Positions 12,786 through 25,869 of a stretch of 64,000 bases of DNA are shown here, in pieces. Source of the DNA: Octopus vulgaris (taxonomy: Eukaryota); the NCBI GenBank assembly GCA_951406725.2, contig OX597816.1, positions 7,998,001-8,062,000 on the forward strand, read 5' to 3'. The position numbers and the translations under genes are program-made. How positions within the stretch are numbered: position 1 is the stretch's first letter; each line of letters begins with the position of its first letter. The notes under the pieces were generated by a model. It searched no databases and was not told the DNA's origin. It was given only the letters and a program-made list of their open reading frames with translations.

Positions 12786-13222
12786 GGGATCTTTTCGGTT
12801 TGAACGGCAGTTTTTCTAGCGGTGTCATATGAAATTGTCACCCATAATTATGACCCTAGTATCGATCTATTGCATTTCAATCTGTTTTATGGTTAGGGGT
12901 GGGGTTAGAGTTAGGGTCAGGGGTGGGGGTAAGGGTATCTTTTTTTCTTCACAAATGTAAATAAACCCAATCTGTTTCTTAAACGAGGGACATATTCATA
13001 CGGCACAGAATGTTTTCCACCTCAATAGACGTCACTGATTGGTTGAAATTGCAGAAATTGAAGAAAAAAACAACAAATATCTTACAAACTATAGAATTTT
13101 CTCAATAAAGCCAAGAGAAAAAGATGTTTTATAAACACATTTTACCAGTACACGAAGTTTAAAAGTGTTTAGTTACGTGGAAATTATTTTTAAAAAACTG
13201 CCGTTCAAACCGAAAAGATCCC
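12786..13222. mobile_element. MITE with about 30-bp TIRs and internal TTAGGG-like repeats
   Basis: TIRs GGGATCTTTTCGGTTTGAACGGCAGTTTT and AAAACTGCCGTTCAAACCGAAAAGATCCC, with TATAAA on both flanks. A second copy lies at 44703-45116. Confidence 0.9.
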
Positions 13223-14053
13223 TATAAAGATAATTAAACAGTGTATGTTTATGCACAACACAGCGTAAATCAGAAGAACAGAAATGAATTTAAATATCAT
13301 AAAGTCTCACTGTGAATAGCGAATCCAGTCTATGCTATTGTATGCGAAAAAGAGGGAGGGAGTCTCGTGACGGACATTTCTCAATTTGCTGTCCGCTCGT
13401 CAGAGTGGCAGACGATTTTTCTCAAAAGGAAAGAATATATTTAATTTCACACAGACATACGTATAAAAAGGAAATACAGAATACCTATACGAAAGAAAAT
13501 AATTTAATATTTAATCTCTCTCCCCTCACACACATTTGTATTAACAGATTTGCTGTGAAGTGTTCTATAGATGTAAAAAGCACATCCGATTATACATGTT
13601 TTCAACAAAGGTGTCATTTTCTGTCATTGAATAAAACTCATTTTTTTTTTGACACAGGTGCACTAGTATTTAACAATGGCTAACAAAAACAGACCAGTCT
13701 TCGTGTGATAAATCTCAGTGATTAGAGATGATTCATTGGGTTGCGGTAAAAGGAAATATCCGTCTCCCTCGTTCATAACTCTTCGAACAATCTTTCTTTT
13801 ACCTAACAACGACCTGACCCAGTGCTTATCTTTAGAAACCTATCGTTCCTGTTAGTCATAACTGTTTCAGACATTACAGTCCAACGAAATTATTTCAGAG
13901 GCACAGGAGTGGCTGAATGGTAAGAAGCTTGCTTACCAACCACATGCTTCCGAGTTCAGTCCCACTGCGTGGCACCTTAGGCAAGTGTCTTCTACTATAG
14001 CCTCGTGATTGGATTTGGTAGACGGAGACTGAAAGAGGCTCGTCGTGTGTGTA

Positions 14054-14091
14054 TCTTTCTGTTGAAGAGCGTAGGCTCGAAACGTAAAAGA
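14054..14091 (+). ncRNA. Minimal hammerhead ribozyme motif, CUGUUGA core variant (copy 1)
   Basis: tcttt-CTGTTGA-A-GAGC-gtag-GCTC-GAAA-C-GTA-aaaga, inside a short element (about 14045-14187) followed by (TA)n. Confidence 0.65.
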
Positions 14092-14186
14092 CTTGTTTTA
14101 TTTATATTCCTGAGCGCCATACTAATACAATTGTTTGTTTGTATTCCACCTGCCTTCGTCTTTTGTTTATTTTCATAAAGCTTCCC

Positions 14187-14232
<46 letters not shown>

Positions 14233-14267
14233 TTGGAAGAGGTTGTGTGGCATTCAATCATATAATA

Positions 14268-14329
<62 letters not shown>

Positions 14330-14375
14330 TATATACATACGTATATATACATACTTACGTCTATACGTATATAAA

Positions 14376-14411
<36 letters not shown>

Positions 14412-15008
14412 TGTATGTATGTATGTATGTATATGCATATGTGGGCACAGGACGTCACGAAACGTTAACAACAAAAATGTATGAAGCACGTGTACATGGA
14501 ACATGAACTATTCTTTCGAGCAACGAAAGACACAAATGGAAAACGAAACAAACAACATAAAAAACGAACCCTTCATCAGTTGTTGACTGTTTTTCTACTC
14601 TCGTATTTCGAGCATTTAACAACAATATACGCTTTCGATAAAATAGTTACTCCCGCAAAGCATTTAATAAAATTTGGGATTTTGCAGAGGGTCAAAATTG
14701 GTAACACAAACACAAAGGGCTGCTAAGCCTATTCAACAAAAACAATAACAACATTTAACAAAAACATCTTGAAAAGATTATTCCGGAGCATATTCATCAT
14801 CTACTTCAATTCCTGCTTTCCATTTGCTTGGCAGACGGTCAGACTGTCGTTTAAAGATGTTTTTGTTAAATATTGTTATTGTTTCTGTTGAATGAAATTT
14901 GTTGACAAAAAGCTGCAGTAATTATGCACCAACCTAATAGTTCTTAGGCATGATTATGTATGTATGTATGTATGTATGTATGTATGTATGTATGTATGTA
15001 TGTATGCA

Positions 15009-15450
15009 TGCAGTGTCTGTGCAAGACTCTGCCTCAGTAAAGCTGGACTCCAGAGTATTGCGCCTCCACATACATGTATGTATGTATGTATGTATGTATG
15101 CAGTGTCTGTGCAAGACCCTGCCTCAGTAAAGCTGGACTCAAGAGTCATCTTCGTAGTCATAAAACGAGACAGACGAGTGACAACCTGGCCACTGGTGGT
15201 GGTGTAACACACCATACTAATCATATCTGTCGGGCATGTGGAAGAGAGTGTAATTCGGCAGGAGGACTTAAACGACATGCAAAGGTACACGAAGCCCAGT
15301 TACAACTACAGTCGGCTATTGCCGGTAAAGGTTTTAGTTGCCAATTCTGTACAAGACATTGTAGATCTTTAGTCACATTCGATCACAGCACCAGTAATAG
15401 TTAAGCTTCGTGCAATGGCCATACTCGATCACGAGGGGGCAGCCATCATG
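15009..15450 (+). mobile_element. 5'-truncated RTE LINE 3' end with C2H2 zinc fingers
   Basis: CSVCARPCLSKAGLKSHLRSH, CRACGRECNSAGGLKRHAKVH, CQFCTRHC. Highly similar to 31981-32340(-) and embedded in (TATG)n. Confidence 0.8.
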
Positions 15451-15781
15451 TATGTATGTATGTGTGTGTGTGTGTGCCTGTGTTTGTCCCCCCACCCACT
15501 CATCGCTTGACAACCGATGTTGGTGTGTTTACGTGCCCGTAACCTAGTGGTTCGGCAGACGAGATGGATAGAATAAGTACCAGGCTTACAAAGAATAGGT
15601 CCTGGGGGTGATTCGTTCGACTAAAGGCGGTGCTCCAGCATGGCCACAGTCAAATGACTGAAACAAATGAAAGAATGAAAGAATAAAAGAACAAACTGAC
15701 TTTGCACCTATCTTCACAAACCTACCATTCGTGTCAGTCCTAAGCGCTTCAGACGTTGTAGTCTAACAAAATTATTTCATA

Positions 15782-16176
15782 CTAGCAGTGTCGCCCGGCG
15801 TTGCTCGGGTTTGTTTCGACCCTTTAGAATTGGAATTTTTGAAAAGTAAACATTTTGCATTATGTAGCTTGTTAATTCTCTTTAAGTGAGCATTTTTCTG
15901 GTTGAAATACACCGAACAATGGCGACACAGCAGTTTTAAAAAATAGTAGAAAATAAGGATTTTCATAGAAAAAAAGCACCTTTTTGATGGAAATAATTTT
16001 TGGTGTTAACATAGTCCGATTTGAATTTTATCTTCTACGGAAGGAAGAGCAAGACTTCTTCTATCATACTCTCAATTTTGGTCAACTTGCGCCGCAGGTT
16101 CTCGGAGGAGATAGTGTTAGTTGAAGGCTACCACACCTGCCATACACAGATAACTTCAGCTTTATAAAGAGAGAGA
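15782..16176 (-). mobile_element. Non-autonomous Helitron
   Basis: On the minus strand it starts with TC after an A and ends CCCGAGCAACGCCGGG (hairpin)...GCTAG before a T. A near-identical copy lies at 22805-23203. Confidence 0.8.
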
Positions 16177-17276
16177 TTAGCTGAAGCAGTCTGACAAATG
16201 ATTCAACTAAAATGGATTTGTGTTGCAAGATTCTTGATGTGAAATCGTGTGTTGAAACAGATATTGTTCTATTTCGGGACGGTCATTTTCTTTTGCACTA
16301 TATATTCATTCCTCACTCGTTCATTGCTGTTCTTATCTGTGTCCATTTTCCTGGAAATCTTCGTCGGAGCAAGAGCACACACGGAGACGGAAGAGGTTAC
16401 AGATATGTGACGAAAGATTTAGCACGCCGGGCGAAATGCTTTGCGGTATTTCGTCTGCCACTACGTTCTGAGTTCAAATTCCGCCGAGGTCGACTTTGCC
16501 TTTCATCCTTTCGGGGTCGATACATTAAGTACCAGTTACGCACTGGTGTCGATGTAATCGACTTAATCTGTTTGTCTGTCCTTGTTTGTCCCCTCTGAGT
16601 TTAGCCCCTTGTGGGTAATAAAGAAATAAGATATGTGACGAAAGATTTCCGGACAATGGACATGAGTTAGAGTGAGAACAGAAATAAACGCGTGATGAAC
16701 GAATATATAGTGTGTGTGTGTGTTTATTTGGCAAAAAGAAAAAGAAAGAAAAGACCGTCCCGAAATGCAACAAAACTCAAATAAAATTCACTCAGAAATA
16801 AAAGATTATCATTTTTGTTTTTTTGCCACTCACACACAAACCAGACATAGTTCATTTTCATTTTGCAGCCGATCATTGTCGATTATAACGAAAATCCTAA
16901 TCGTTAATAATTATTGACGGTTAGGTTTTTTTTCGTTCGTCTTCAGCTATTTTCTTTCCTTTGACGTTATTGTCCACTCTCGTAGGACATAAAAGGAAAG
17001 ATTGCATAAGACTGCATGTCATACTTCCTGAAATATGCATAAACCTAACTGAAAACTCAGACGCAGCTATAGGTTGTTGTGCAGGCATTCACGCACGAGT
17101 GCATTGCTTTTCATAGCAGAAACAACGGTTAACCAATGAAAGCGATTACATAGATCCTGGTCGTTTAATCTCTCTCTCCCTCTCCCCCCCACACTCACAC
17201 ACACTCACACACACTCACACACACGACAGAAATAGACACCCTTATAATCACTGAAATTATACATTCAAATTATTTG

Positions 17277-17990
17277 TTAATTATTATATTGTGAATATCT
17301 AATATTTAGTAGACACACCTTTGCATTTTTCAATGCAGGGACCCTACTAGGCATGCTATTGATCAGATGACGAATACTCTCTTCAGGAGTTTCTTGCCAA
17401 GTTTCATGCAGGAATCTCAAAATACCTGGCTTTGAGGATGCTTTCTTGTTCTTTGTATGAAGTGTCCTGTCCATTATGTCCCAGAGGTGTTCAATAGGGT
17501 TCATATTTTGGTGACTGGCTTGGCCATGGAAGCTTTTTGATGCCATTCTCTTCCAACCAGTCTTGGGTCTCTTTAACCGTGTGAGAAGGAGCCCCATAAA
17601 TAAAGAGTTTTCTTTAATCATTTCACCACTGGAGAAGATTGGTAGATGACCTTTCTGCGATATGGACACATATTCATCTGAGTTTATGATTCCTTTACAC
17701 TCCACCAGCTCTGATCAACCATTGCTCCAAATTGCTCCCCAGGCTATCACAGAATAGCTGCCATGTTTCATTGTTGGCTGCAATCTTTTCACATCAAATT
17801 CTTGATCACAGTCTCCAGACCCACACTTGACCACCGTCCGGAAATGCAGCAAATCTGGATTCATTAGAGAATATGACAGGGTCCCAAAATGTCAGTGGTC
17901 TCTCCACCATCACTCTGGCTGGATCCTTTCTTCACTCGATGTTGGCTGGTCAAAGAAGTGGCTTCCTTTTTGCTGCTCTGACATAGTAAC
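17277..17990 (-). pseudogene. Tc1-like transposase remnant
   Basis: [12 protein letters not shown]...GGQVWVWR (about 17810-17885) and NMNPIEHLWDIM, both Tc1 DDE motifs, with frameshifts. Confidence 0.8.
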
Positions 17991-19136
17991 CAAGTTTGTG
18001 GAGACACTCAGCGATGAGGCTAGCGGGAAAATAAGGACTGGACTAGAGATTAAAGAGAACTTAGGACTCAAAGATGGCGACTGGTGTTACTCAGTGTGGG
18101 GTGAGTAACACACTTTTCACATTTTCATTTTCAAGATATCATTCATACTCTTTTACTTGTTTCAGTCATTTGACTGTGGCCAAGCTGGAGCACCACTTTT
18201 AGTCGAGCAAATCGACCCCAGTACTTATTCTTTGTAAGCCTAGTAGTTAGTTCGTTCATTTTTTGGCTCAAAAAGCAAAAAAGCAAGGCCATGTAGGGGG
18301 ACATGGAGTTATGTACAGGGTGGTGTTCATGTAAAGAGTTCAGGCCACTTGTGGTCAAGGGAGACTTTGAACCGAGCGGTCTTACTTATTCTATCGCTCT
18401 CTTTTGCCAAACCGCTAAGTTACGGGGACGTAAGCACACCAGCATTGGTTGTCAAGCGATGTTGGGGGGACAAACACAGATACACTCACACACACACACA
18501 CACACACACATATGTACGACGGGCTTCTTTCAGTTTCCATCTACCAAATCCACTCACAAGAGTTTGGTCAGCCCGAGGCTATAGTAGAAGACACTTGCCC
18601 AAGGTGCCACGCAGTGGGACTGAACCCGGAACCATGTGGTTCGTAAGCAAACTACTTACCACACAGCCACTCCTTTGCCTATAGAATATCAGTGTTATCA
18701 TAAATGTATGTTAACATAAATTTAAGATTTTATTTTTTCCTGTTCATTTTCATGTGTCATTCATAATATCATCATCATCATCATCATCATCATCGTTTAG
18801 CGTCCGCTTTCCATGCTAGCATGGGTTGGACGGTTCTACTGGGGTCTGTGAAGCCAGAAGGCTTCATCAGGCCCAGTCAAATCTGGCAGTGTTTCTACGG
18901 CTGGATGCCCTTCCTAACGCCAACCACTCCGAGAGTGTAGTGGGTGCTTTTTACGTGCCACCCGCACAGGTGCCAGACAGAGCTGGCAAACGGCCACGAA
19001 CGGATGGTGCTTTTTATGTGCCACCGGCACGAGGGCCAGGCGAGGCTGGCAACGGACACGAAACGGGGCGGTGCTGGCAACGGTCGCGAAACGGAAGGTT
19101 CTCTTACATGCCACCGGCACTGGTAACACATCTGCA

Positions 19137-19217
19137 ATTTCCATTGATCGATTTCGATTCTGATCCTCAGAATCGAAATCGATCTGAGGATCAGAATCGA
19201 AATCGATCAATGGAAAT
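19137..19217. repeat. Nested fold-back palindrome at the 5' junction of an RTE-tail element
   Basis: ATTTCCATTGATCGATTTCGATTCTGATCCTCAGA, spacer ATCGAAATCGA, then TCTGAGGATCAGAATCGAAATCGATCAATGGAAAT. Confidence 0.9.
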
Positions 19218-19481
19218 CGATTAGTATCATATTTTATTTTTGTATAATTTTAATTGTTATGCGTCCCCACATGTTTTGCAGTGTCCCCTCTATGATATGC
19301 CTTTTATGGCAATTTAAAAGAAATAAAGAAGCTTGCTTCCTAGTGACATGGTTCCGGGTTCAGTCCCGCTGCGTGACACCTTAGGCAGGTGTCTTCTACT
19401 ATAGCCTCGGGCCGACCAAAGCCTTGTGAGTAGATTTGGTAGACGGAAACTGAATGAAGCTCACTATATATATATACATAC

Positions 19482-19668
<187 letters not shown>

Positions 19669-19681
19669 CATATACATACAT

Positions 19682-19760
<79 letters not shown>

Positions 19761-20300
19761 CGCACATACATACATACACACACATATATATATATGTTTG
19801 TGTGTGTGTATGTATATATATAAACACACACACACACACAAACACACTCATAGTTATGTATGTGTATGTGTTTACGTGTGTGTGTGTGTGTGTGTGTGTG
19901 TTTGTCCCCCCCCCCCGCCATCTCTTGACAACCGATGCTGGTGAGTTTACGTCCCCGTCACTTAGCAGTTCGGCAAAATAGACCGATAGAATAATTACTA
20001 TGCTTACAAGAAAATAACTCTTAGAGTCGATTTGCTTGTCTAAGACCCCTGTAAGGCGCTGCTCCAGCATGGCTGCCGTCAAGTGACTGAAACAAGTATA
20101 AAAATAAAAGACGATATATATATATATATAATTCATCACATGAAACCGGTTTGAGGCCAGGTATTTTGTCTCACGTCAAACAGAATATAAAAGAAGTATA
20201 CAGAATGTAAACCAGAAATGGGACAATAGAAACGAATTGGAAAGGCTGGTGATTAGATATTATATGTGTGTGCGTGTGTGTGTATATGCATATATATGCA

Positions 20301-20371
<71 letters not shown>

Positions 20372-20418
20372 GTACACATACACACACATATATATATAGA
20401 TATATATGTACACACACA

Positions 20419-20485
<67 letters not shown>

Positions 20486-20772
20486 GTATTTTGAAGAGGT
20501 CACGGACAACAGGTTTTTGAGATTTGATGATACGCCGTAAAGCTAAACCCTTTATGGACCAGAAACATGATTATCCCATAAACCGGACTTCCCCACTTTT
20601 AATACACACACACACACACACACACACATCGGTATTTTCCATTAAGAAAAAGGCTGGGGAGCCAGAAACAGCCATTACATTCTATAAAAGTCACTTGTCT
20701 AGTTAGAGAAGAAAGTAAAAGCGAATGTTTTAGCATACTTCCATGCTGTGTCAAATTTTACTTTTTATCCCC

Positions 20773-20841
<69 letters not shown>

Positions 20842-21037
20842 CCTCACTCATATGTGTGTATGTATATATATATAAGTGTAACTACCCGAAATAGTCATGA
20901 CGTCTGGTACTTGACTGAGGAAAGAAAGCCACAAATGACCCGTCTTTTTTTGCCTGTCCTTCTAAATGCTGTTTCTCTTGTTCGCCTTCGTATCATCTCT
21001 CTGAATGTTTTAATGTCCTCTATTGCATTTTTGTTCC

Positions 21038-21094
<57 letters not shown>

Positions 21095-21675
21095 GTTGAT
21101 GACTGATTTCATTGTTTTTGAGACATTTAAATGCATATTTCTTTCGATTAGTGACAATTTGTTTGACAGTAGCATTTTACTCAAATGGGAATTTGGAAAA
21201 GAGATCAATATATAGGTAAATATTTACCTGGATATATTATCATTGTTGTATGAAGATTTATCTGACAATTGTTATAAAAACATTGAAGTACTTGTGAAAA
21301 AAGGAAAGAAAAAAACATTGTGACAATCATTCCTTGGCGAAATTCGATTGTCTAATATATTATCTTTACCTGTTTTCACAAACTGAGCTCTCGAACACAC
21401 ACACACACGTGTCTGTGTGTGTAAATGTACTGGTTTACAAATTTTGGCTTAAGGCCAGCAACTTCGGAAGAGGGCGTAAGTCGATTATATCGACCCCAGT
21501 GCTCAACTGGTACCCATTTTATCGACCCTGTAAGAATTTGATCTCAGAACGTAAAGACAGACGAAATACCGCAATGTGTTTTTCCCAGCCCGTTAACGAT
21601 TCTTCCAGCTCGCTGCCTTTGTTTGTGTAAATATATTAGATGCTACATTATATTACTGATTTACCGATCCGTTAA

Positions 21676-21897
21676 CCCTTTCGTTACTGTATTTCTGTTG
21701 AGATAGTCTGTGTTTTTTTCAATTAATTATAAATATAACAAAGAATTTAGTAAAATAATTTAGTTATCATTAAGCTAGTGTCAGGAACATAAATTGTGAC
21801 TAAGGTTTTGTGGAAGATTTTAATTCAAAATTTATGAAAATAAGACATTTGTACTCAGAGCCAGAGGTGGTTTCAGCCGGGTTGGTAATGAAAAGGG
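21676..21897. mobile_element. piggyBac-type MITE
   Basis: TTAA|CCCTTTCGTTAC ... GTAATGAAAAGGG|TTAA. Confidence 0.8.
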
Positions 21898-22724
21898 TTA
21901 AAGTAACGTGCAAGTGGTTGTGTATTTCGCTCAGACGAGCATCCTTTAAGTAATTATCCAAGCCGTACGACCGTTAAATTACAGTTTTCCCTCAAAAAGT
22001 TTCCCACCCCCAAAAGACTCCCAAGCAATGGGATCCAACCTCAAGATTGTGACCTCGAGATTGTGACCTCAAGATTGCCAAACGACTTTCTTAGCCTAAG
22101 CCATCTAACCACGTGTTCATTTGTCACATTCCTGAACGACCTTTCGTAATTCTCTTTCTTCCTGTTTGATGAGAAGTATTACATCGTGTGACATAAAACA
22201 TCCCACTAGAATGTAGTGACGTCGTATGATGCCATCTTCACACTTATTCCAGATTTTGATGTGAGTTGAATTTCGGTTTTATTTGGAGAAACAGGAATTA
22301 AAGAGCGATGTTTGAAAATAATAGATGCAAAGAAATATATGCAGTAAAAAAGAAAAAAAAAAGCTGTTTCATCAGACGTTCTTTATAAATGTCTCTGTGT
22401 ACGTAACGCCTATTCTAAGTCATGGGAAGGCTGAAGTAGGAAATGCCATATTTATTTAGGTGGGAAATAAAATGTAAATGACTCCTCGACATTATAAAAG
22501 CGTTTGTTTTGCTTGTCTTTAAAAGGGATAGGTGGGCGAGAGATTGCTATCAGTTACTGATTAGGAAGTGCGTCTTGTGTGACAGACCCCGTTTACAGGG
22601 GACCTCAATAATCAAATAGATGGAGCAATGGAATTATGTGTTGAGGCTAAATGCTTATTGAAAACTCCTGATGGCAATGACCTGTCAATATTATATGATC
22701 TACTTGTAACATTTTGTTTGTATT

Positions 22725-22767
<43 letters not shown>

Positions 22768-22804
22768 TAGTAAAAGAGAACGTTTTGCTAAGAACTATAA
22801 CAAA

Positions 22805-23203
22805 CTAGCAGTCTTGCCCAGCGTTGATCGGGCTTGTTTTCTTTTCGACCCTTTAGAATTGGAATTTTTGAAAAGTAAAAATTTTGCATTATGTAGCTTG
22901 TTATTCTCTTTAAGTGAACACTTTTCTGGTTGAAATACACCGAAAAAATGACGACACAGCAGTCAAAAAATCGTAAAAAATAGGGATTTTCATAGAAAAA
23001 AAGGACCTTTTTGATGTAAATAATTTTTGGTGTTAACATGGTCTGATTTGAATTTTTTGTTCTACGGAAGGAAGAGCAAGCCTTCTTCTATCATACTTTC
23101 AATTTTGGTCAACTTGCGCTGCAGGGTCTTGGAGGAGATAGTGTTAGTTGAAGGCTACCAAACCTGCCATACACAGACAACTTCAGCTTTATATATATAG
23201 AGA
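22805..23203 (-). mobile_element. Non-autonomous Helitron (copy 2)
   Basis: Same sequence and termini as 15782-16176. Confidence 0.8.
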
Positions 23204-24224
23204 TAAAGAAACCTTTAAATGGAACAGTCAATTGGACAGCTAGATTCAGAGTCAAACTGGTAAATCGTATCTTGTTCAGCAGCATTCATCCAGTGCTGTA
23301 ACTGATGATGTTATACACTACCAATCTATGGACCCACCTTCCATGCCAGATCACATAAAATGCCCTTCCTCCTACTAACATGGAATGAAAACTTATTTTG
23401 ATTGCATGGAATTGTAACATTATCACCAACTACTTAATTATGATTAGCATAAGCGAAACCAGTCGACAATATAAATATTTTACTTGATAAAAAAAATATT
23501 TTGCGCAATGTAAAATTTCTGTGTTAGTTTCCTTCTGTGTATTATTCACTACAACTCACAGCCTGCTACATGCTGAGACAAAATTTTTCTTGGCGCCGAT
23601 ATACAGGAAAACATTGAATAAATATTCACTGGTTTGACTGAATAAAAATCTGTTATATTCAATAGATGCAGTATTAAAATATCCATTTATGTATCGTGTT
23701 TAATGTAAATATATCACCGTGAAGACCAATTTTTACTCCAGTTTTTGCCCAGAGATGAATATCTCCTATGGATATGCATACAGTTTGTTTATTCAGCATT
23801 ACAGGCAAAATATTCACAACTATTCTCGTGACTACAAAATCTGGCAGAAAGAACTCTACTGGAAAGCTATTATATGTTCAGGTGTGTCCGTCCTGTCACT
23901 GATGAGATTTCTCATTGAGTCAGCTTCCGAGAAAGTGTCGTGATAAGAGAAAGACACAGTTTGGTGTTTAAACCACATAAGAGGTCAAACGATACATGGA
24001 TATGTGTGGGTGGGTGGGAATAGGACGATGACAGTTAAGATAAACATAATTGTTAGATGTTGCAATAAATCTCTCTCATTTAACAGAAAAAAGTGCGGAG
24101 AAGTAGCGAAACACAGAGGAGTTAAGCCATAACTATCATTCGCCTTTTATTTTGAAGTTCCGTTAAGGGGTTTTGAACATACGACCTGTGATCTGGTATC
24201 CTAATAATTTATCAACCTGTCTAA

Positions 24225-24617
24225 TCTTTATATATAAAAGTCAAGTTGTGTGTCTGTCTACTCCGATTTAGATTCCTAACTACTCCCACATTTTGCGGTG
24301 CAGTTTAACCAAAACCAGGTATCTTATAGTCGTGATTCATATCGAGCCCTTCTGGGTATTAGCGCGCGTCTACGATGAGTCTACGATAAAAAAAAATACC
24401 ATAATTTTTTTCCATTTTAATGCATTTTTTCGCTATTATATAAGGGAAGTAACTCTCTAAAAATGTCTACGATGAGTCAACGATTTAAAAAAAATTTACC
24501 ATAATTTTTTTTCCATTTTTAGTGCATTTTTTTGCTATTTTTTGGCTATAACTCTCTAAAAATGCTTATATAGTTATTTCCCTTACAAACCCGAGCAACG
24601 CCGGGCGATACGGCTAG
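24225..24617 (+). mobile_element. Non-autonomous Helitron, different interior
   Basis: A|TCTTTATATATAAAAG...GTGTGTCTGTC...CCCGAGCAACGCCGGGCGATACGGCTAG|T, with an internal tandem repeat of about 100 bp. Confidence 0.8.
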
Positions 24618-25422
24618 TTTACCTATAAATCCCTACAACATATTTTAGTGGAAATTAGGAATCTCGTTCTGAAAGTGTGAGAAAGCTATTTTTTTTTCTT
24701 TTATATTTTATCAATTATTCCATAGATTTCCAGTCTCTTCAAATATGGCGTTCGATCCCTTATTTGCATAAACGTTTCATCGATCAATTATCATTGTAAA
24801 CCCATTGTTTGATGTACTCTTAGTTTGTCCTTCCTCATCGCCCATCGATTTCTATAAGCACCACTGTAATCGCTCGCCAATTAATATAAACAAAGAATTA
24901 AAACGCTTGTACTTTTTGGTTATCTCAAACCCCATTAAAAAATTGCCATTAAAAATTGGGTTATCTTCCCACTAAAAAATCTAATAAATGTGGAGAAAAG
25001 AGACTGGATTAAAAGAGTTAGGTCCTTTTGCTTCAATACTTCAACACATTGTTGACTTTTGGCCTCTCTACCGGAAATGGTATAATTTGTAATAAAAATG
25101 TTATCAGGCGCAGGGGTGGCTGGGTGGTAAGTAGCTCGAACAGTGTTTTTGGGGGTTATCGGTCGGTGGGCGCTGGTGCCCCTCCCATTTTTATTCATTT
25201 TTATCGTTATCATCCTCATTACATCCTTGTCCAGCCCGCAGATTCTCTGTGTACTGCCCTTGTGGCAAACTATGTGAATAAAAATAGCTTGCTAACCAAC
25301 CACATGGTTCTGGATTCATTCCCACTGCATGGCACCTTGGGCAAGTGTCTTCTACTATAGCCTTGGGTCGACCAAAGATTTAAGTGGATTTGGTAGACAG
25401 AAACTGAAAGAAGCTCGTCGTA

Positions 25423-25497
<75 letters not shown>

Positions 25498-25869
25498 GTG
25501 TGTGTGGTGTGTGTGTGTGTGTATGTTTGTGTGTCTGTGTTTATCCGCCAACATCGCTTGACAACCGATGCTGGTGTTTACGTCCCCGTAACTTAGCGGT
25601 TCGGCAAAAGAGACCGATAGAATAAGTACTAGGCTTACAAAGAATAAGTCCTGGGGTCGATTTGCTCGACTAAAGGTGGTGCTCCAGCATGTCCGCAGTC
25701 AAATGACTGAAACAAGTAAAAGAGTAAAAGAGTATATATATAGACACACACACAAACACACACACACAAACATAAATACAGCGATTAACTTAGTTAAGAT
25801 GTTCCACTTGTTTTCAGAAACTTCATCGTCATCGGTAGAAAAAAACAACTCTGCTCAATGCAGGCAAAA

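Noticed and set aside
14450-14620. Minus-strand CTGATGAAGGG, and GAAA..GTC..CTGAGGA at 20887-20920
   Set aside because: I could not close stem II and stem I in a valid hammerhead topology. At most these are truncated halves.
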